32,000 bases of DNA from Candidatus Micrarchaeum sp. (lineage in GTDB: Archaea; Micrarchaeota; Micrarchaeia; Micrarchaeales; Micrarchaeaceae). The notes under the pieces were generated by a model. That model had not been told where the DNA came from, searched no databases, and worked only from the letters and a program-made list of their open reading frames with translations. The DNA lies in the NCBI RefSeq assembly GCF_016806735.1, contig NZ_CP060530.1:690001-722000 (forward strand), read 5' to 3'. Shown here one piece after another: positions 9,285-18,937 of this stretch. The position numbers and the translations under genes are program-made. Numbering within the stretch: position 1 is the stretch's first letter; the number at the start of each line of letters is the position of its first letter.

Positions 9285-9584
9285 ATGGCAGACAACGAAA
9301 GAATTAACGACGCAGGAAGAGAAAATGTTGTATACATAGGCAAGAAACCGACGATGAACTATGTGCTGGCTGTTGTCACGCAGTTCAACAGCGGAATGCC
9401 TGAGGTCACTATAAAGGCAAGGGGCAACGCAATATCCAGGGCTGTGGACGTCAAGGAAATAGTACAGAACAAGTTCCTGCCTGGCCTTAAGGAGAAGAGC
9501 ATAAAGACTTCATCCGAAGAGATAAGCAACGAGGATGGAACGAAATCGAAAGTGAGCGCCATACAGATAGTGCTGATGAAGTAA
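9285..9584 (+). CDS. albA: DNA/RNA-binding protein Alba
   Basis: [43 protein letters not shown] is the canonical Alba fold signature. The track start is 9264. ATG 9285 gives the typical size of about 99 aa. Confidence 0.85.
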   Translation: MADNERINDAGRENVVYIGKKPTMNYVLAVVTQFNSGMPEVTIKARGNAISRAVDVKEIVQNKFLPGLKEKSIKTSSEEISNEDGTKSKVSAIQIVLMK

Positions 9585-9590
9585 AAACCC

Positions 9591-9617
9591 TATTTTTTAT
9601 TTTTTATTCTTTTCTCT
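9591..9617 (+). terminator. Oligo-T tracts downstream of alba
   Basis: taTTTTTTaTTTTTTaTTcTTTTcTc lies directly after the alba stop. Confidence 0.45.
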
Positions 9618-9721
9618 GCGCAGTGGCGCCTTTTAGAAAACTATAAATCCCTTATAATACAAATAGTCGTGGTTCGGGCCCGCATATGGGCTCGTTTCTG
9701 ATTGCTTGATGTGTGATTTTC

Positions 9722-11011
9722 ATGATAAGGACCGCTTATGTCAATGAGATAACCCCTGAGATGGACGGCAAGGAGGTTACCGTAGCCGGATGGGTTCACG
9801 AAGTCAGGGAGCTTGGCAAGGTAACGTTTCTGCTCTTGAGAGACATGAGCGGGATAGTCCAGATAGTTGCCAAGAAAGGCGTTACTGACGAATCGGTAAT
9901 CGGTGCGTTGTCGCTGCCCAAAGAGAGCGTCATAAGCGTCAGAGGAACCGTGAAAGCCAACAAAGAGGCAAGAGCCGGATATGAGATAGTTCCTATAGAG
10001 GTCAAGAACCTCAATCCGCTTTCGGCCAACGTACCGTTCGAGGTTACCGGAAAGGTCCCCGTAGATCTGGATGTAAGGCTGAATTACAGGTACATAGACC
10101 TTAGGCGCATACAAAGCACCGCCATATTCAGGATAGAATCGACCATATTGAATTCTTTCAGGGAAAGCCTGCAGCAGAAGGGCTTCAACGAGATAAGAAC
10201 ATCTTCTATAGTGGCAGAGGCCACAGAAGGTGGCTCTGAGCTCTTCGAAATAAAATATTTCGACGAGAAGGCATTTTTGGCTCAGTCGCCGCAGCTTTAC
10301 AAGCAGCTTGCGGTAATAGGTGGGCTGGACAAGGTATTTATGGTAATGCCTGTTTATAGGGCAGAAAAATCCAATGACACTTATCACATAAACGAGATAA
10401 CGCAGATGGACATTGAGATGGGCTTCGCAGACCATAATGATGCAATGCAGCTTCTTGAGGAAACCCTCAAGCGCATAATCGGCGATGTCAAGAGGAGCAA
10501 CGTGCGCGAGCTTGAGGAGCTCGGCGTGAAGCTAGATGTCCCTTCCGTAAAGCGCGTTTCTTATGAGGAAGCTGTAGAAAGCCTGAAAGCCCACGGCGAG
10601 AGCATAAAGCCAGGGGATGATTTTTCAAGAGAGAATGAGGTTAAGCTGGGCGAGATATTCGGAGATGCAGTTATGGTATACGAATATCCAACAGCAGTAA
10701 GGGCGTTCTATTCTATGCCCAAAGAGGGCGATTCTGACGTGTGCAACAGCTTCGACATGATATATAAAGGGCTCGAGATAAGCAGCGGCGCCCAGAGGAT
10801 ACACATGCCAGAGATGCTCATAGAGGCCATAAAAAGGAAAGGGCTGGATCCCAAGAACTTCGAATTCTATGTCAACGCGTTCAGGTGCGGTGCGCCGCCA
10901 CATGCCGGATGGAGCATAGGCTTAGAAAGGCTGGCAATGAAAATGATGAACCTCCAAAACATAAGGGAATGCACGCTCTTCCCAAGGGACAGAAAAAGGA
11001 TAAGGCCTTGA
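9722..11011 (+). CDS. aspS: Aspartyl-tRNA synthetase (archaeal type, class IIb)
   Basis: An N-terminal OB anticodon-binding domain (VTVAGWVHEVRELGKVTFLLLRD), class II motif 2 (PVYRAEKS) and motif 3 (GAPPHAGWSIGLERL). ATG 9722 is used; the track GTG is at 9713. Confidence 0.9.
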   Translation: MIRTAYVNEITPEMDGKEVTVAGWVHEVRELGKVTFLLLRDMSGIVQIVAKKGVTDESVIGALSLPKESVISVRGTVKANKEARAGYEIVPIEVKNLNPLSANVPFEVTGKVPVDLDVRLNYRYIDLRRIQSTAIFRIESTILNSFRESLQQKGFNEIRTSSIVAEATEGGSELFEIKYFDEKAFLAQSPQLYKQLAVIGGLDKVFMVMPVYRAEKSNDTYHINEITQMDIEMGFADHNDAMQLLEETLKRIIGDVKRSNVRELEELGVKLDVPSVKRVSYEEAVESLKAHGESIKPGDDFSRENEVKLGEIFGDAVMVYEYPTAVRAFYSMPKEGDSDVCNSFDMIYKGLEISSGAQRIHMPEMLIEAIKRKGLDPKNFEFYVNAFRCGAPPHAGWSIGLERLAMKMMNLQNIRECTLFPRDRKRIRP

Positions 11012-11012
11012 A

Positions 11013-11306
11013 TCAGGTGCGGTATTTTATCTCGTCGCTCATCATGTCTGGGCTCCACATCGGGTCCCAAACCAATTCCAGCTCTACCTTGCCTATATTC
11101 GGGATTGATTCCAGGCGAAGCTGCGCATCAGCCAGTATCAGCGATGTCACAGGGCACATCGCACTGGTCATTGTAAGTGTTATTTTTACGTCTCCGGGCT
11201 CCGCTACATTTATCCCGTATATTAAGCCAAGGTTAACTATATCGGCGTCAAGTTCCGGATCCTTGCATTGCGACAATGCTTCCACTACGTCCTTTTTTGT
11301 TATCAT
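11013..11306 (-). CDS. DUF59/MIP18-family Fe-S cluster assembly protein (SufT/PaaD-like)
   Basis: DPELDADIVNLGLIYGI...TLTMTSAMCPV is the conserved DUF59 core with its Cys. The start is placed at the internal ATG (MITKKDVVEAL). It is convergent with aspS with a 1-nt gap. Confidence 0.75.
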   Translation of the reverse strand: MITKKDVVEALSQCKDPELDADIVNLGLIYGINVAEPGDVKITLTMTSAMCPVTSLILADAQLRLESIPNIGKVELELVWDPMWSPDMMSDEIKYRT

Positions 11307-11397
11307 TTTAACAGAATAAATCTCGCCGAGCCAATATTTAATCTTTTCCGAATAATCTTTAACCAAGCATACAAAAGTGCAGAACATTTAGCAGAGA

Positions 11398-12378
11398 TTA
11401 TTGGTCTCCGAATACCTTTTCTGCAGCTGCAAAGACCGTATTCGTGTACTCTTCGATTGCCTTGCCCAACTCTTTCTGCACAACCTTGAGGGTAAAACCT
11501 GATGCCATTTCGTGTCCGTTGCCCCCAAGTGCTGAAGAGAGAAGAGAAGAATTTATGCCATTGTCGCTCCTAACGTGCGCCGACCAATCTTTTGTTGTAA
11601 CGAATATCTGTATGTTGGCTCCGGTGAGCTGCTTTATCTTAGAGCATGCCATGTTGCTCTGCAGGTTATCCGCAAATGCTATCCCTATGCTGTACCTGCC
11701 AATCCTGATTGTTTTTACGGTATCATTGAGCATTTTTAGGTTCTCTTCCTCAGATTTTTTGTATTCCGCGTAAATCTGGTCTATTATGCCTCCGCTTATC
11801 AATCCTGTTGACACCTGCTCTGTCAATGAGTTCCTTAGCTCGTTTGAATGCCTGTCGTCCCTGTCAAGAAAGGCAATGCATTGGGATATCTTGACCAGAT
11901 TATCATCCAGCTCTTTGTCCTCAGGCCTCAAGTTGAAATCAGTAAGATGGGCCAAGGATGAAAGCTTTCTGCATACTTCATCGCCAGTGCAGAACTTCCC
12001 ATATATGAGCTCTGACGCACACTTATTCTTGTCCTCGCCATAAATCAATATTTTCGCGATGGGCTTCATTTTCAGCGCTGCGGATTCGGGCCATGGATGA
12101 TGATCTATCCAGATTATCTCGTTGCCGTGCGATTTGACTTTGTCGAATTCCGCACATAGTTCTTCATATCCATCCGCTGACATGGAAACATCCGCAATGT
12201 ATATGTCTGTGTTTTTGACCGGGGCAAGCTTAGAAACAGTAGAAAGCATTTCGGCCTTGCCCGGATTTGTGAAAAGCAGCATTTCCACAGAACCCCTTAG
12301 AAACCTGGACAGCTCGGCTGCGCTTGCAATGCCGTCGAAGTCCCTCCTATGACTTATTATGACGGATTTTTGAACCAT
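11398..12378 (-). CDS. DHH/DHHA1-family phosphoesterase (NrnA/RecJ-like)
   Basis: Motifs HRRDFDGIASA, ADVS, WIDHHPW (DHH) and C-terminal GGNGHEMASGF (DHHA1 GGGH). GGTG lies 7 nt upstream of ATG 12378. Confidence 0.8.
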   Translation of the reverse strand: MVQKSVIISHRRDFDGIASAAELSRFLRGSVEMLLFTNPGKAEMLSTVSKLAPVKNTDIYIADVSMSADGYEELCAEFDKVKSHGNEIIWIDHHPWPESAALKMKPIAKILIYGEDKNKCASELIYGKFCTGDEVCRKLSSLAHLTDFNLRPEDKELDDNLVKISQCIAFLDRDDRHSNELRNSLTEQVSTGLISGGIIDQIYAEYKKSEEENLKMLNDTVKTIRIGRYSIGIAFADNLQSNMACSKIKQLTGANIQIFVTTKDWSAHVRSDNGINSSLLSSALGGNGHEMASGFTLKVVQKELGKAIEEYTNTVFAAAEKVFGDQ

Positions 12379-12446
12379 GAAATTCACCGTAAATCTTTCT
12401 GATTGCACTGTCTTTAGTATTAAGCAATTTTGATAAGATGCGATGG

Positions 12447-13058
12447 CTACTTGCGCATCAGCCTGGAAGGGTCGAAATTCTCGTTATACAACTTTGCCAG
12501 TTCGCATGTCGTGCTAAGCATGTTTTCAGGTATGCCGAGTTTTTCCAGGTCCCCATACGGATTTGTTCCGGAGCCCAAATTCGCCAATATTATTTGATAT
12601 ATTGCAGTCACGAAAGCATCTTCGTATTCCTTATAAATCTTTTCCCCTTTCAGTCCTTCTTCTACGATTGTTGCAGCTAGATCCCCTATTACGTAGCTAA
12701 TTGGCCTGCCATATTCTATTGCCGAAGAAATCGACAAGCCTGTGACCAGCAGAAGCGCCTTTGCGCTGAGCCCATTCTCATCAGTCGAGAGCACCTTAAG
12801 CACATCCAAATCGCTCCTTGGGACAGAAGAATAAAATTTCAGTATCTCGGAAAATTTTTCAACGTCGGATCCGGATCCCAATTTGTATAGGTCAAGAAGT
12901 ATGGCTGGTGGTGCATTGAAATATTCTATAATTTTCAGCGACAAATCGGAATCTTTGGTATTTGCTATTTTTGCGCACAGCTCGAAAGCATCGTAGTTTC
13001 CCTTAGAAAGCCCCTTTATGCTTTCCATGCTCCCAATATTTTTATTGTGAATTTCCAT
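12447..13058 (-). CDS. Hypothetical soluble helical protein
   Basis: A 203-aa ORF with core-like composition. A TATA-like aataaatatatc lies about 28 nt upstream of the ATG (leaderless-type promoter). No recognisable motif. Confidence 0.6.
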   Translation of the reverse strand: MEIHNKNIGSMESIKGLSKGNYDAFELCAKIANTKDSDLSLKIIEYFNAPPAILLDLYKLGSGSDVEKFSEILKFYSSVPRSDLDVLKVLSTDENGLSAKALLLVTGLSISSAIEYGRPISYVIGDLAATIVEEGLKGEKIYKEYEDAFVTAIYQIILANLGSGTNPYGDLEKLGIPENMLSTTCELAKLYNENFDPSRLMRK

Positions 13059-13157
13059 AATAACAAAGGCTTTGAATCGCTTGATATATTTATTGCTTTT
13101 GATTTTTCGCTGCTGCGAACGGTTTTTAAAGCATATATAAACAATATTATTGTTTAT

Positions 13158-13709
13158 ATGCCAACCACAAGAGTGAAAAGAGCCTCAGGCAGCAATGGCA
13201 AAGGCAAGTCGAAGGACAGCGTGAGAAGCCTCATAAGCTCGGAGCTCTCGTATCTTAAGAAAGTACAGATACTGCTGCTCGGAGACAGCAAAATTATCGC
13301 TAAGCTCGCCAGGTATTTTTACAGCAACGACAGCAAGGCCAGGCTTACTATACTGTCTTTTGGAAGGAAAGAGCTACTGGAAGCAGTTGATGCCACATCG
13401 AGATTCGGAGGCATAAGATATGCATATTCCAAAGACATTTACACAGGCCTGCCAGAGGGCGAATTTGGGCTCATAGTATGCCATGGAACTTTCGATAGGA
13501 TAGGAAATAACAAGTCGATATCAATATTGAAGGAGCTTTACAGGATTTTGAAGCCAAACGGGATAGTTATAATCATAGGCGACAGCATAGACTACTTGTA
13601 CAAGCATTACAATAAGAGCAATTTCTCAAGCTGCGATATGGTAGAAGGAAAAGGGCTCAGGTACCTTAAGCTGGTTAAGGTAAATGACATAAGCCTCCTA
13701 CCCCAATAG
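13158..13709 (+). CDS. Probable class I SAM-dependent methyltransferase
   Basis: VQILLLGDS (motif I-like), LIVCHGTFDRI and LYRILKPNGIVIIIGDS (post-II/III motifs typical of Methyltransf_11-like proteins). ATG 13158 sits about 25 nt after the TATA gcatatataaac. The track GTG at 13047 would overlap the divergent gene. Confidence 0.6.
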   Translation: MPTTRVKRASGSNGKGKSKDSVRSLISSELSYLKKVQILLLGDSKIIAKLARYFYSNDSKARLTILSFGRKELLEAVDATSRFGGIRYAYSKDIYTGLPEGEFGLIVCHGTFDRIGNNKSISILKELYRILKPNGIVIIIGDSIDYLYKHYNKSNFSSCDMVEGKGLRYLKLVKVNDISLLPQ

Positions 13710-13833
13710 CTCTTTTTCAGATGCTTTTGCATTTGCTAAGAAATAGCAGCTGCACTTTACTTTCCTAACGTCTTTAAACGAACCCCTGGGAAAGCTTAAA
13801 TATGCCCCACCTTCTTATCATAGACCGATTTAA

Positions 13834-14343
13834 ATGGAAGATGGAAATGAAGTGGACGTTGCCTTCGTCATGATTGTTACCGGCGATGGGGTAGTATACC
13901 TTAAAAGAAATGAAGATGATGATATAGAACCCGGAAAGTGGTGCCTGCCTTCCGGGCATGTCGAAAGTGGAGAAACGTGCAAAAGCGCAGCCGTTAGGGA
14001 GCTCTATGAGGAAACAGGGATAAAAGCAGGGCCCGAAGAACTGGAATACCTGACCACATTTCCCTACCTGCTGGACGGAACTAGATTCAGGGTGTGGTTG
14101 TATTTTGTAGAAAAAGACACGCTTGGCTCCGAAGATGTGAAAATTTTTGCCGAGGAGCACTCCGAAAAGAAATGCGTAGGCATGGATGCGCTTGCTGCCA
14201 TGCGCAACCTGAGAGTAGATAATTGGGATAAGTTTACCGCGATAGACAGGCACATAATAGCCAACTATGTGCCTGAAGTGTCCAGCAGGATGAAGAATAA
14301 GGAGAACGCAAACGAAATGCGCAATCTTTCCAAAGCATTCTGA
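13834..14343 (+). CDS. Nudix hydrolase
   Basis: Nudix box GHVESGETCKSAAVRELYEETGI (Gx5Ex7REUxEExGU). Confidence 0.8.
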   Translation: MEDGNEVDVAFVMIVTGDGVVYLKRNEDDDIEPGKWCLPSGHVESGETCKSAAVRELYEETGIKAGPEELEYLTTFPYLLDGTRFRVWLYFVEKDTLGSEDVKIFAEEHSEKKCVGMDALAAMRNLRVDNWDKFTAIDRHIIANYVPEVSSRMKNKENANEMRNLSKAF

Positions 14344-14462
14344 TAGTGAATTTACGGATTTGGAAATATCTGAATTTCGGGCCTTTTAGATTTTTCCCTA
14401 AAATGTCAGGTTTTATTTGACGTCGTAAAACCTAACAAAAACCTAATCCTCTCAAAATCTTA

Positions 14463-14488
14463 ATTAATATAGCTTTACAGATATTAAT
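14463..14488. promoter_or_regulatory. Inverted repeat attaatat-N10-atattaat in the promoter of the ArsR-like gene
   Basis: 8-bp arms at 14463-14470 and 14481-14488. The element overlaps AT-rich TATA-like sequence and ends 10 nt before ATG 14499. Confidence 0.4.
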
Positions 14489-14498
14489 CGGTGTAAGA

Positions 14499-15218
14499 AT
14501 GTCAAAGACTTTTGGAACAAAGAACAAAATCGTCAAGCTGTTGAAAGAAAAGCCAATGACGGTTACAGAAATAAGCGCCTTGCTCGGGCTTTCTAAGGCG
14601 ACAGTAAGCCAGCACATGTCCGAATTGGAAAACATGTCAATGGTAGAACAGGTAGACAACCCGCATTACAAGAAAGTGAAGTTTTACAAGCTTTCTGATG
14701 CTAAGGCCAACGTAGTGGAGCAGAGAAGCGCTGGATTCAGGAAGATGATAATACCATCTGTACTTGCAATCCTTTTGGTTGGAATAATACTAAGCGCAGC
14801 TGTACTGCAGAAGCCGTCCAACACGACGCGCATAGGACCCGCAATAACCAACAACAATTCAAGCGCAAGAACGCTGGGAGTCGGATATGCGTGCCCTATG
14901 ATAAGAGCCTTCACAAATGGAACGCATGCGAACGAATCCATGCTTAGCGGCATAGTGTCAGATATAGCATTAGGGTCTCCTTGCAGCCTTGCGTATGTTA
15001 ACGGAAACAAGGTGGGCAACCTGAACTATACGTCATCGAACGGCACAGTGCAAGTACCGGAACTGGGATACAAATATACAATAAACCAGACCGCCATAGC
15101 AAACCTGAAGAATGAAGTAGACAATGGCGATTGCTATGACACAGGAGCGTTGGCTTTCTTCGGTATAAATTACTCGAAGCCAGCTGGAGTTACATGCAAG
15201 GCTAACATATACTCCTGA
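14499..15218 (+). CDS. ArsR-family HTH regulator fused to a TM helix and an extracytoplasmic domain
   Basis: An N-terminal wHTH (IVKLLKEKPMTVTEISALLGLSKATVSQHMSELENMSMVEQV) is followed by one TM (MIIPSVLAILLVGIILSAAVL). A 130-aa Cys-containing, N-x-S/T-rich domain follows. Confidence 0.7.
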   Translation: MSKTFGTKNKIVKLLKEKPMTVTEISALLGLSKATVSQHMSELENMSMVEQVDNPHYKKVKFYKLSDAKANVVEQRSAGFRKMIIPSVLAILLVGIILSAAVLQKPSNTTRIGPAITNNNSSARTLGVGYACPMIRAFTNGTHANESMLSGIVSDIALGSPCSLAYVNGNKVGNLNYTSSNGTVQVPELGYKYTINQTAIANLKNEVDNGDCYDTGALAFFGINYSKPAGVTCKANIYS

Positions 15219-15266
15219 ATGGATTTGGAAAGATAAGGCAGCAGGGTTCTGGCTGCGCGTTTGCAG

Positions 15267-16472
15267 TCAGAACATGCTGTGCTTCCCGGATATTATCTCA
15301 TGCGTGAGATAACCTATGTTTTCGAGGCTCTGCTCGGCTATGTCGTTTACTTTTTTCCTTATGTTGTCCAGTTCCTCGCGCTTTTCAGTGCTTATCTTCA
15401 CGTCCAAGTGCTTCGGATCGTCTATCTTCCTGCCTATCTGCGAGACTATGGAAACGTTGCATTCCTTAACCTGAGGGTATAGCGTCACTATGTCATTCGC
15501 TATCTCCTTTGCAAGAACGTTGTATATCTTCCCTATGTGGTTTACAGGGTTTTTGCCCGCTGCAGCTTCCAGGCTCATGCGCCTGAACGGGGTTATTAGC
15601 CCGTTTACCCTGTTGCCTCTGCCTACGGATCCATCGTCGCCTGCCTCGCAGCTAAGCCCAGATTTTGTAATGTATACTTTCCCTGATTTGCTGTCCCCGT
15701 TGTTTATTGTAACTTCGACGTCGTTTCCTATCAATTTCTTTGCAAACGATATTATGTCGTTCCTTACCTTCTCCTTTTTATCCTGATAATCCTCTGCGCT
15801 CTGTATTTTTGATGAAACGAATGCTATGGCTACAGTAAGGCTTATGTCGTCCATGTCCCTTATCCCCATTACTTTGACATCCTCGCCGACTTCCGGATGG
15901 ATTTTCTTATATTCCTGGGAGTTTAGCATCCTCTCAGTTTCCAAAACCAGTTTTTCTGTCTTTGTGAATGGTGCGAAGCCTATACCGAAAGAAGTATCGT
16001 TTGCCAGCGGCACGTCGGTGTTTCGGTCGAATATTTCACTCAGATCCGCGGAGCCCTTGAGTATCTTCGACTGGAACAATACCTCTTTTTCTACGTCAAG
16101 AAAGCGGGTATGCGCACGCAGATAGTCCTTTGCGGCTTTTATTGCTATGCCGTCAACGTCTATGCTTATGTCCTGGTACGAGCGCGCCGCTCTCCCGGCA
16201 AGTATCACTTCTATTGGTTTCGTTATTGATCCGTTGCCGAAGCTCACGTCAGAAGATCCGCCTATTATCAGACCCTTGTCAACGTTGTGGTGTAGTATTT
16301 TGCCCGTTGAATCGATGTATGCATTTGAAAGGCCTGTGCTTACGCTTTCCATTATGCCGTCGATAAGGCTATCCGGATGGCCTAACCCTTTGCGCTCTAC
16401 GTATTCCACAGGCTGCTCAGCCACTACTGTTGAAAATCCCTCCGCTACTCTTATGTTTTTGCTAGAACTCAT
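15267..16472 (-). CDS. metK: S-adenosylmethionine synthetase, archaeal type
   Basis: VERKGLGHPDSLIDGI..ILHHNVDK...ILAGRA closely follows the archaeal MAT family signature. The protein is 401 aa. Confidence 0.9.
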   Translation of the reverse strand: MSSSKNIRVAEGFSTVVAEQPVEYVERKGLGHPDSLIDGIMESVSTGLSNAYIDSTGKILHHNVDKGLIIGGSSDVSFGNGSITKPIEVILAGRAARSYQDISIDVDGIAIKAAKDYLRAHTRFLDVEKEVLFQSKILKGSADLSEIFDRNTDVPLANDTSFGIGFAPFTKTEKLVLETERMLNSQEYKKIHPEVGEDVKVMGIRDMDDISLTVAIAFVSSKIQSAEDYQDKKEKVRNDIISFAKKLIGNDVEVTINNGDSKSGKVYITKSGLSCEAGDDGSVGRGNRVNGLITPFRRMSLEAAAGKNPVNHIGKIYNVLAKEIANDIVTLYPQVKECNVSIVSQIGRKIDDPKHLDVKISTEKREELDNIRKKVNDIAEQSLENIGYLTHEIISGKHSMF

Positions 16473-16540
16473 AATATCACTTTGCCAATCAAAACGACTT
16501 GTTTTTTGAATAAGCTGTCTCCGCCCATTTCTTTAAATAG

Positions 16541-16578
16541 GGTGCAAAATTTCTTTTACGTGGATAAAAATTTGCACC
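16541..16578 (-). terminator. Hairpin between the infB stop and the metK promoter (possible infB terminator or operator)
   Basis: ggtgcaaaattt...aaaatttgcacc forms 8 bp plus 3 bp with one mismatch and a 13-nt loop. On the minus strand it lies about 85 nt after the infB stop and directly upstream of the metK TATA (ctatttaaag). Confidence 0.35.
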
Positions 16579-16661
16579 AGCACTTTTGGCTTTTCCCTCT
16601 TATTTGATTAATTTTTTATATATGTTAATATATAAAATATTCATTTAAGAATAAGTTCTTT

Positions 16662-18434
16662 CTATCTCTTTTTCTTTTGCAGGTCAAGGGTTTTTGAAAG
16701 CAGGGCCTTGTCATCCTCGCTTAACGATGAAGCAAGTTCCGAGCTTAGCATTTTCACGTCGAATTCGTTTAGCCTTGCATAGAGCTTCTGTCCCTCCTTT
16801 ACCTGCCTTCCGAATGTAGGCTCGTCCATGGAAACGGCAACGCTTTCTCCCTTCTTTGCAGATTCCAATGGTGTTCCGTCGTTCTGCACGCCTTTCAGCT
16901 TGCCGACGAATTCGCCCTCCTCGTTTACCATCTGTATCCCAGGTTTTATCGCACCATAAATTACCTCAACCCCGAATATTGCCGGATGCGAAACCCTGAA
17001 ACAGCTATTCGGAAGCACTTCTACCTCTGCCGGCATTGTTATGCGCTTCAGTATTTCTGCAGCGCGATTGCGCCTTATGGAATCGACGTACTCCTTGTAG
17101 TCGTCCACGAGCTTGTAGATTATGTTGCCCCCTATGTGCTTGACGTTGCTGGCAGACAGGGCGGCTTCCGCATCGGCTTCGACAGGGACTCCGAAGCTCA
17201 GCACTACTGAGTATACAGGATCCACTGCGTTCATGGCGAAGGCGTCCATAACGTCCCTCTTGGTTACTTCGCCTATGCCTTTCTTGCTTATTTTTGCACC
17301 CTGGGAGGCCAAGAGCTTTGATAGTGCCTCAAGGCTGCCTATGGAATCCGCTTTAAGCACTATTCCAACACCATCAGTCTTGAATACGTCGGTGAGCTCT
17401 GAGCCTATCTCCTTCTCGAAATTCGAGTCATTGACTTCTATTATTGGAGTACCTGGCATAGCGTCCTCAAGCCCTATCGCGCTTATCTTTATTCCGGAGG
17501 CCGCACTGACAGAATCGACGTTATAGAATTTGCTTGCGGATTCAACGAGCTCGTGCAGAGGCTTTGGCTTCAGCAATGCCTTTATTTTTGTGGTAGCTAT
17601 CGAGCCGTCAAGCTTTGCGAAAGCGACCATGTCGTTTACGTGCAGCGACCCGTCATAAAGTATGACGTCGACTGTTGTGCCCATCCCCTTGAGCTCCTTC
17701 TTCTCTATGACGCTTCCGCGCCCAGGGCCTGATGATTCTATGTTTAGCTTCATTTCCAGGAACTTCTGCGAAAGGCCCACGGCGAGCATCAGCAGTTCGG
17801 CAAGGCCTTCGCCGCTCTTGGCGCTTATTGGCACTATCGCGAGCTCCTTCTGGAAGCTCTCGACCTTGTTGTACAGCTCTCCGCTGAAGCCGTATGAGCT
17901 TAGCGAGCCTATGAGCTCGTATATTTTCACCTCAAGCAGGTCCAGGACGTTGCGGTCCTGCTTTTTCATGGCTGCAGCTATGCTGCTAAGGCCTGTGGGC
18001 CTCCAGCCGGTTATAAGGTCGACCTTGTTCGCTGCCACTATGAAAGGAGTCTTGTATTCCTTTAATATGTTTATAGCTTCTACCGTTTGCGGCTGGAACC
18101 CCTGCGTTATGTCAACGACAAGTATCGCGAGATCCGCAACGCTGCTGCCGCGCCTTCTGAGGTTCGTAAAAGCTTCGTGGCCCGGGGTGTCTATGAAAAG
18201 AAGCCCGGGTATTTTGATTTCTGAAGCACCGAAGGACACGCCGTTGCATATCTTGTTTATTACGTCCAACGGGACTTCGCTTGCGCCTATGTGCTGCGTT
18301 ATGCCTCCGGCTTCCCTAGCAGTTATTGAGCTGTTGCGAATCTTGTCCAGTAGGGTTGTCTTTCCGTGGTCGACGTGACCCATCACACATATTATAGGCT
18401 GCCTTATCGTGAAAATGCACCTCTTCCAAATCAA
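16662..18434 (-). CDS. infB: Translation initiation factor aIF5B (IF2-like GTPase)
   Basis: IRQPIICVMGHVDHGKTTLLDKIR (G1), DTPGHEAF (G3), NKVD (G4) and a full-length four-domain size (590 aa). The only in-frame start that keeps the strand preceding G1 is TTG at 18434. Confidence 0.9.
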   Translation of the reverse strand: MIWKRCIFTIRQPIICVMGHVDHGKTTLLDKIRNSSITAREAGGITQHIGASEVPLDVINKICNGVSFGASEIKIPGLLFIDTPGHEAFTNLRRRGSSVADLAILVVDITQGFQPQTVEAINILKEYKTPFIVAANKVDLITGWRPTGLSSIAAAMKKQDRNVLDLLEVKIYELIGSLSSYGFSGELYNKVESFQKELAIVPISAKSGEGLAELLMLAVGLSQKFLEMKLNIESSGPGRGSVIEKKELKGMGTTVDVILYDGSLHVNDMVAFAKLDGSIATTKIKALLKPKPLHELVESASKFYNVDSVSAASGIKISAIGLEDAMPGTPIIEVNDSNFEKEIGSELTDVFKTDGVGIVLKADSIGSLEALSKLLASQGAKISKKGIGEVTKRDVMDAFAMNAVDPVYSVVLSFGVPVEADAEAALSASNVKHIGGNIIYKLVDDYKEYVDSIRRNRAAEILKRITMPAEVEVLPNSCFRVSHPAIFGVEVIYGAIKPGIQMVNEEGEFVGKLKGVQNDGTPLESAKKGESVAVSMDEPTFGRQVKEGQKLYARLNEFDVKMLSSELASSLSEDDKALLSKTLDLQKKKR

Positions 18435-18529
18435 GTTGCCTCTTTATAATAAAAATTTCTGCAATAGAAAACAAACTCAGCTGCAGTTACGTATTGTTGT
18501 AATAATTATTTAGCGTTTGGCATTTGCAG

Positions 18530-18850
18530 CTATCTTTCATCCCCGTTTCCGTGTATTGTGCCGTCCCTCATGCGTTTTTCTAGCTTGGCTATGTTTGAGG
18601 TTGCGACTTCGTCAAGGCTTATTCCGGCCTCCTTTGCAACCATAGCAACATACCACATTATATCGCCCAGTTCCAGCTTGATGCCCTCCTTATCCGGTTC
18701 TGCGTTGTCCCTTGCTATCTTTTTGACCTTGTTAAGCAGCTCGCCGACCTCTCCAGAGAGGCCTATGCATGCATAAAATATCCCGCCATTCAATACCTTA
18801 GGATATACTGCGCTCGTGGCACTTTTTTCCTGGTATCCATTCATCTCCAT
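18530..18850 (-). CDS. MazG-like all-alpha nucleotide pyrophosphohydrolase
   Basis: GLSGEVGELLNKVKK (ExxE) and ELGDIMWYV (ExxD) are the MazG metal-binding pairs. The start is taken at MEMNGYQ, with TATA ttttatattttt about 30 nt upstream. Confidence 0.75.
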   Translation of the reverse strand: MEMNGYQEKSATSAVYPKVLNGGIFYACIGLSGEVGELLNKVKKIARDNAEPDKEGIKLELGDIMWYVAMVAKEAGISLDEVATSNIAKLEKRMRDGTIHGNGDER

Positions 18851-18937
18851 GATTACACCGCGTATAAATGGAAGAAAAATATAAAAGCAGTTTCGTGCGC
18901 ACAACTAGGCAACCAATATAGATTTTTCTTTCGTTAA

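Noticed and set aside
16615-16636. The AT-only palindrome tttatatat-gtta-atatataaa downstream of infB.
   Set aside because: It consists solely of alternating A/T in an AT-rich terminator zone. Such palindromes arise easily by chance and overlap TATA-like sequence. No specific function can be argued.
17662-18378. A 238-aa plus-strand ORF lying entirely inside infB. Similar long antisense or overlapping ORFs occur at 2478-2960, 4796-5416, 9641-10435, 10885-11319, 15490-16509, 20453-21252 and 22943-23395.
   Set aside because: Each is antisense to, or out of frame with, a gene that has unmistakable conserved motifs. Their translations are low-complexity Ser/Leu/Pro-rich strings with no motifs. 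They are the expected shadow frames of purine-rich coding DNA.
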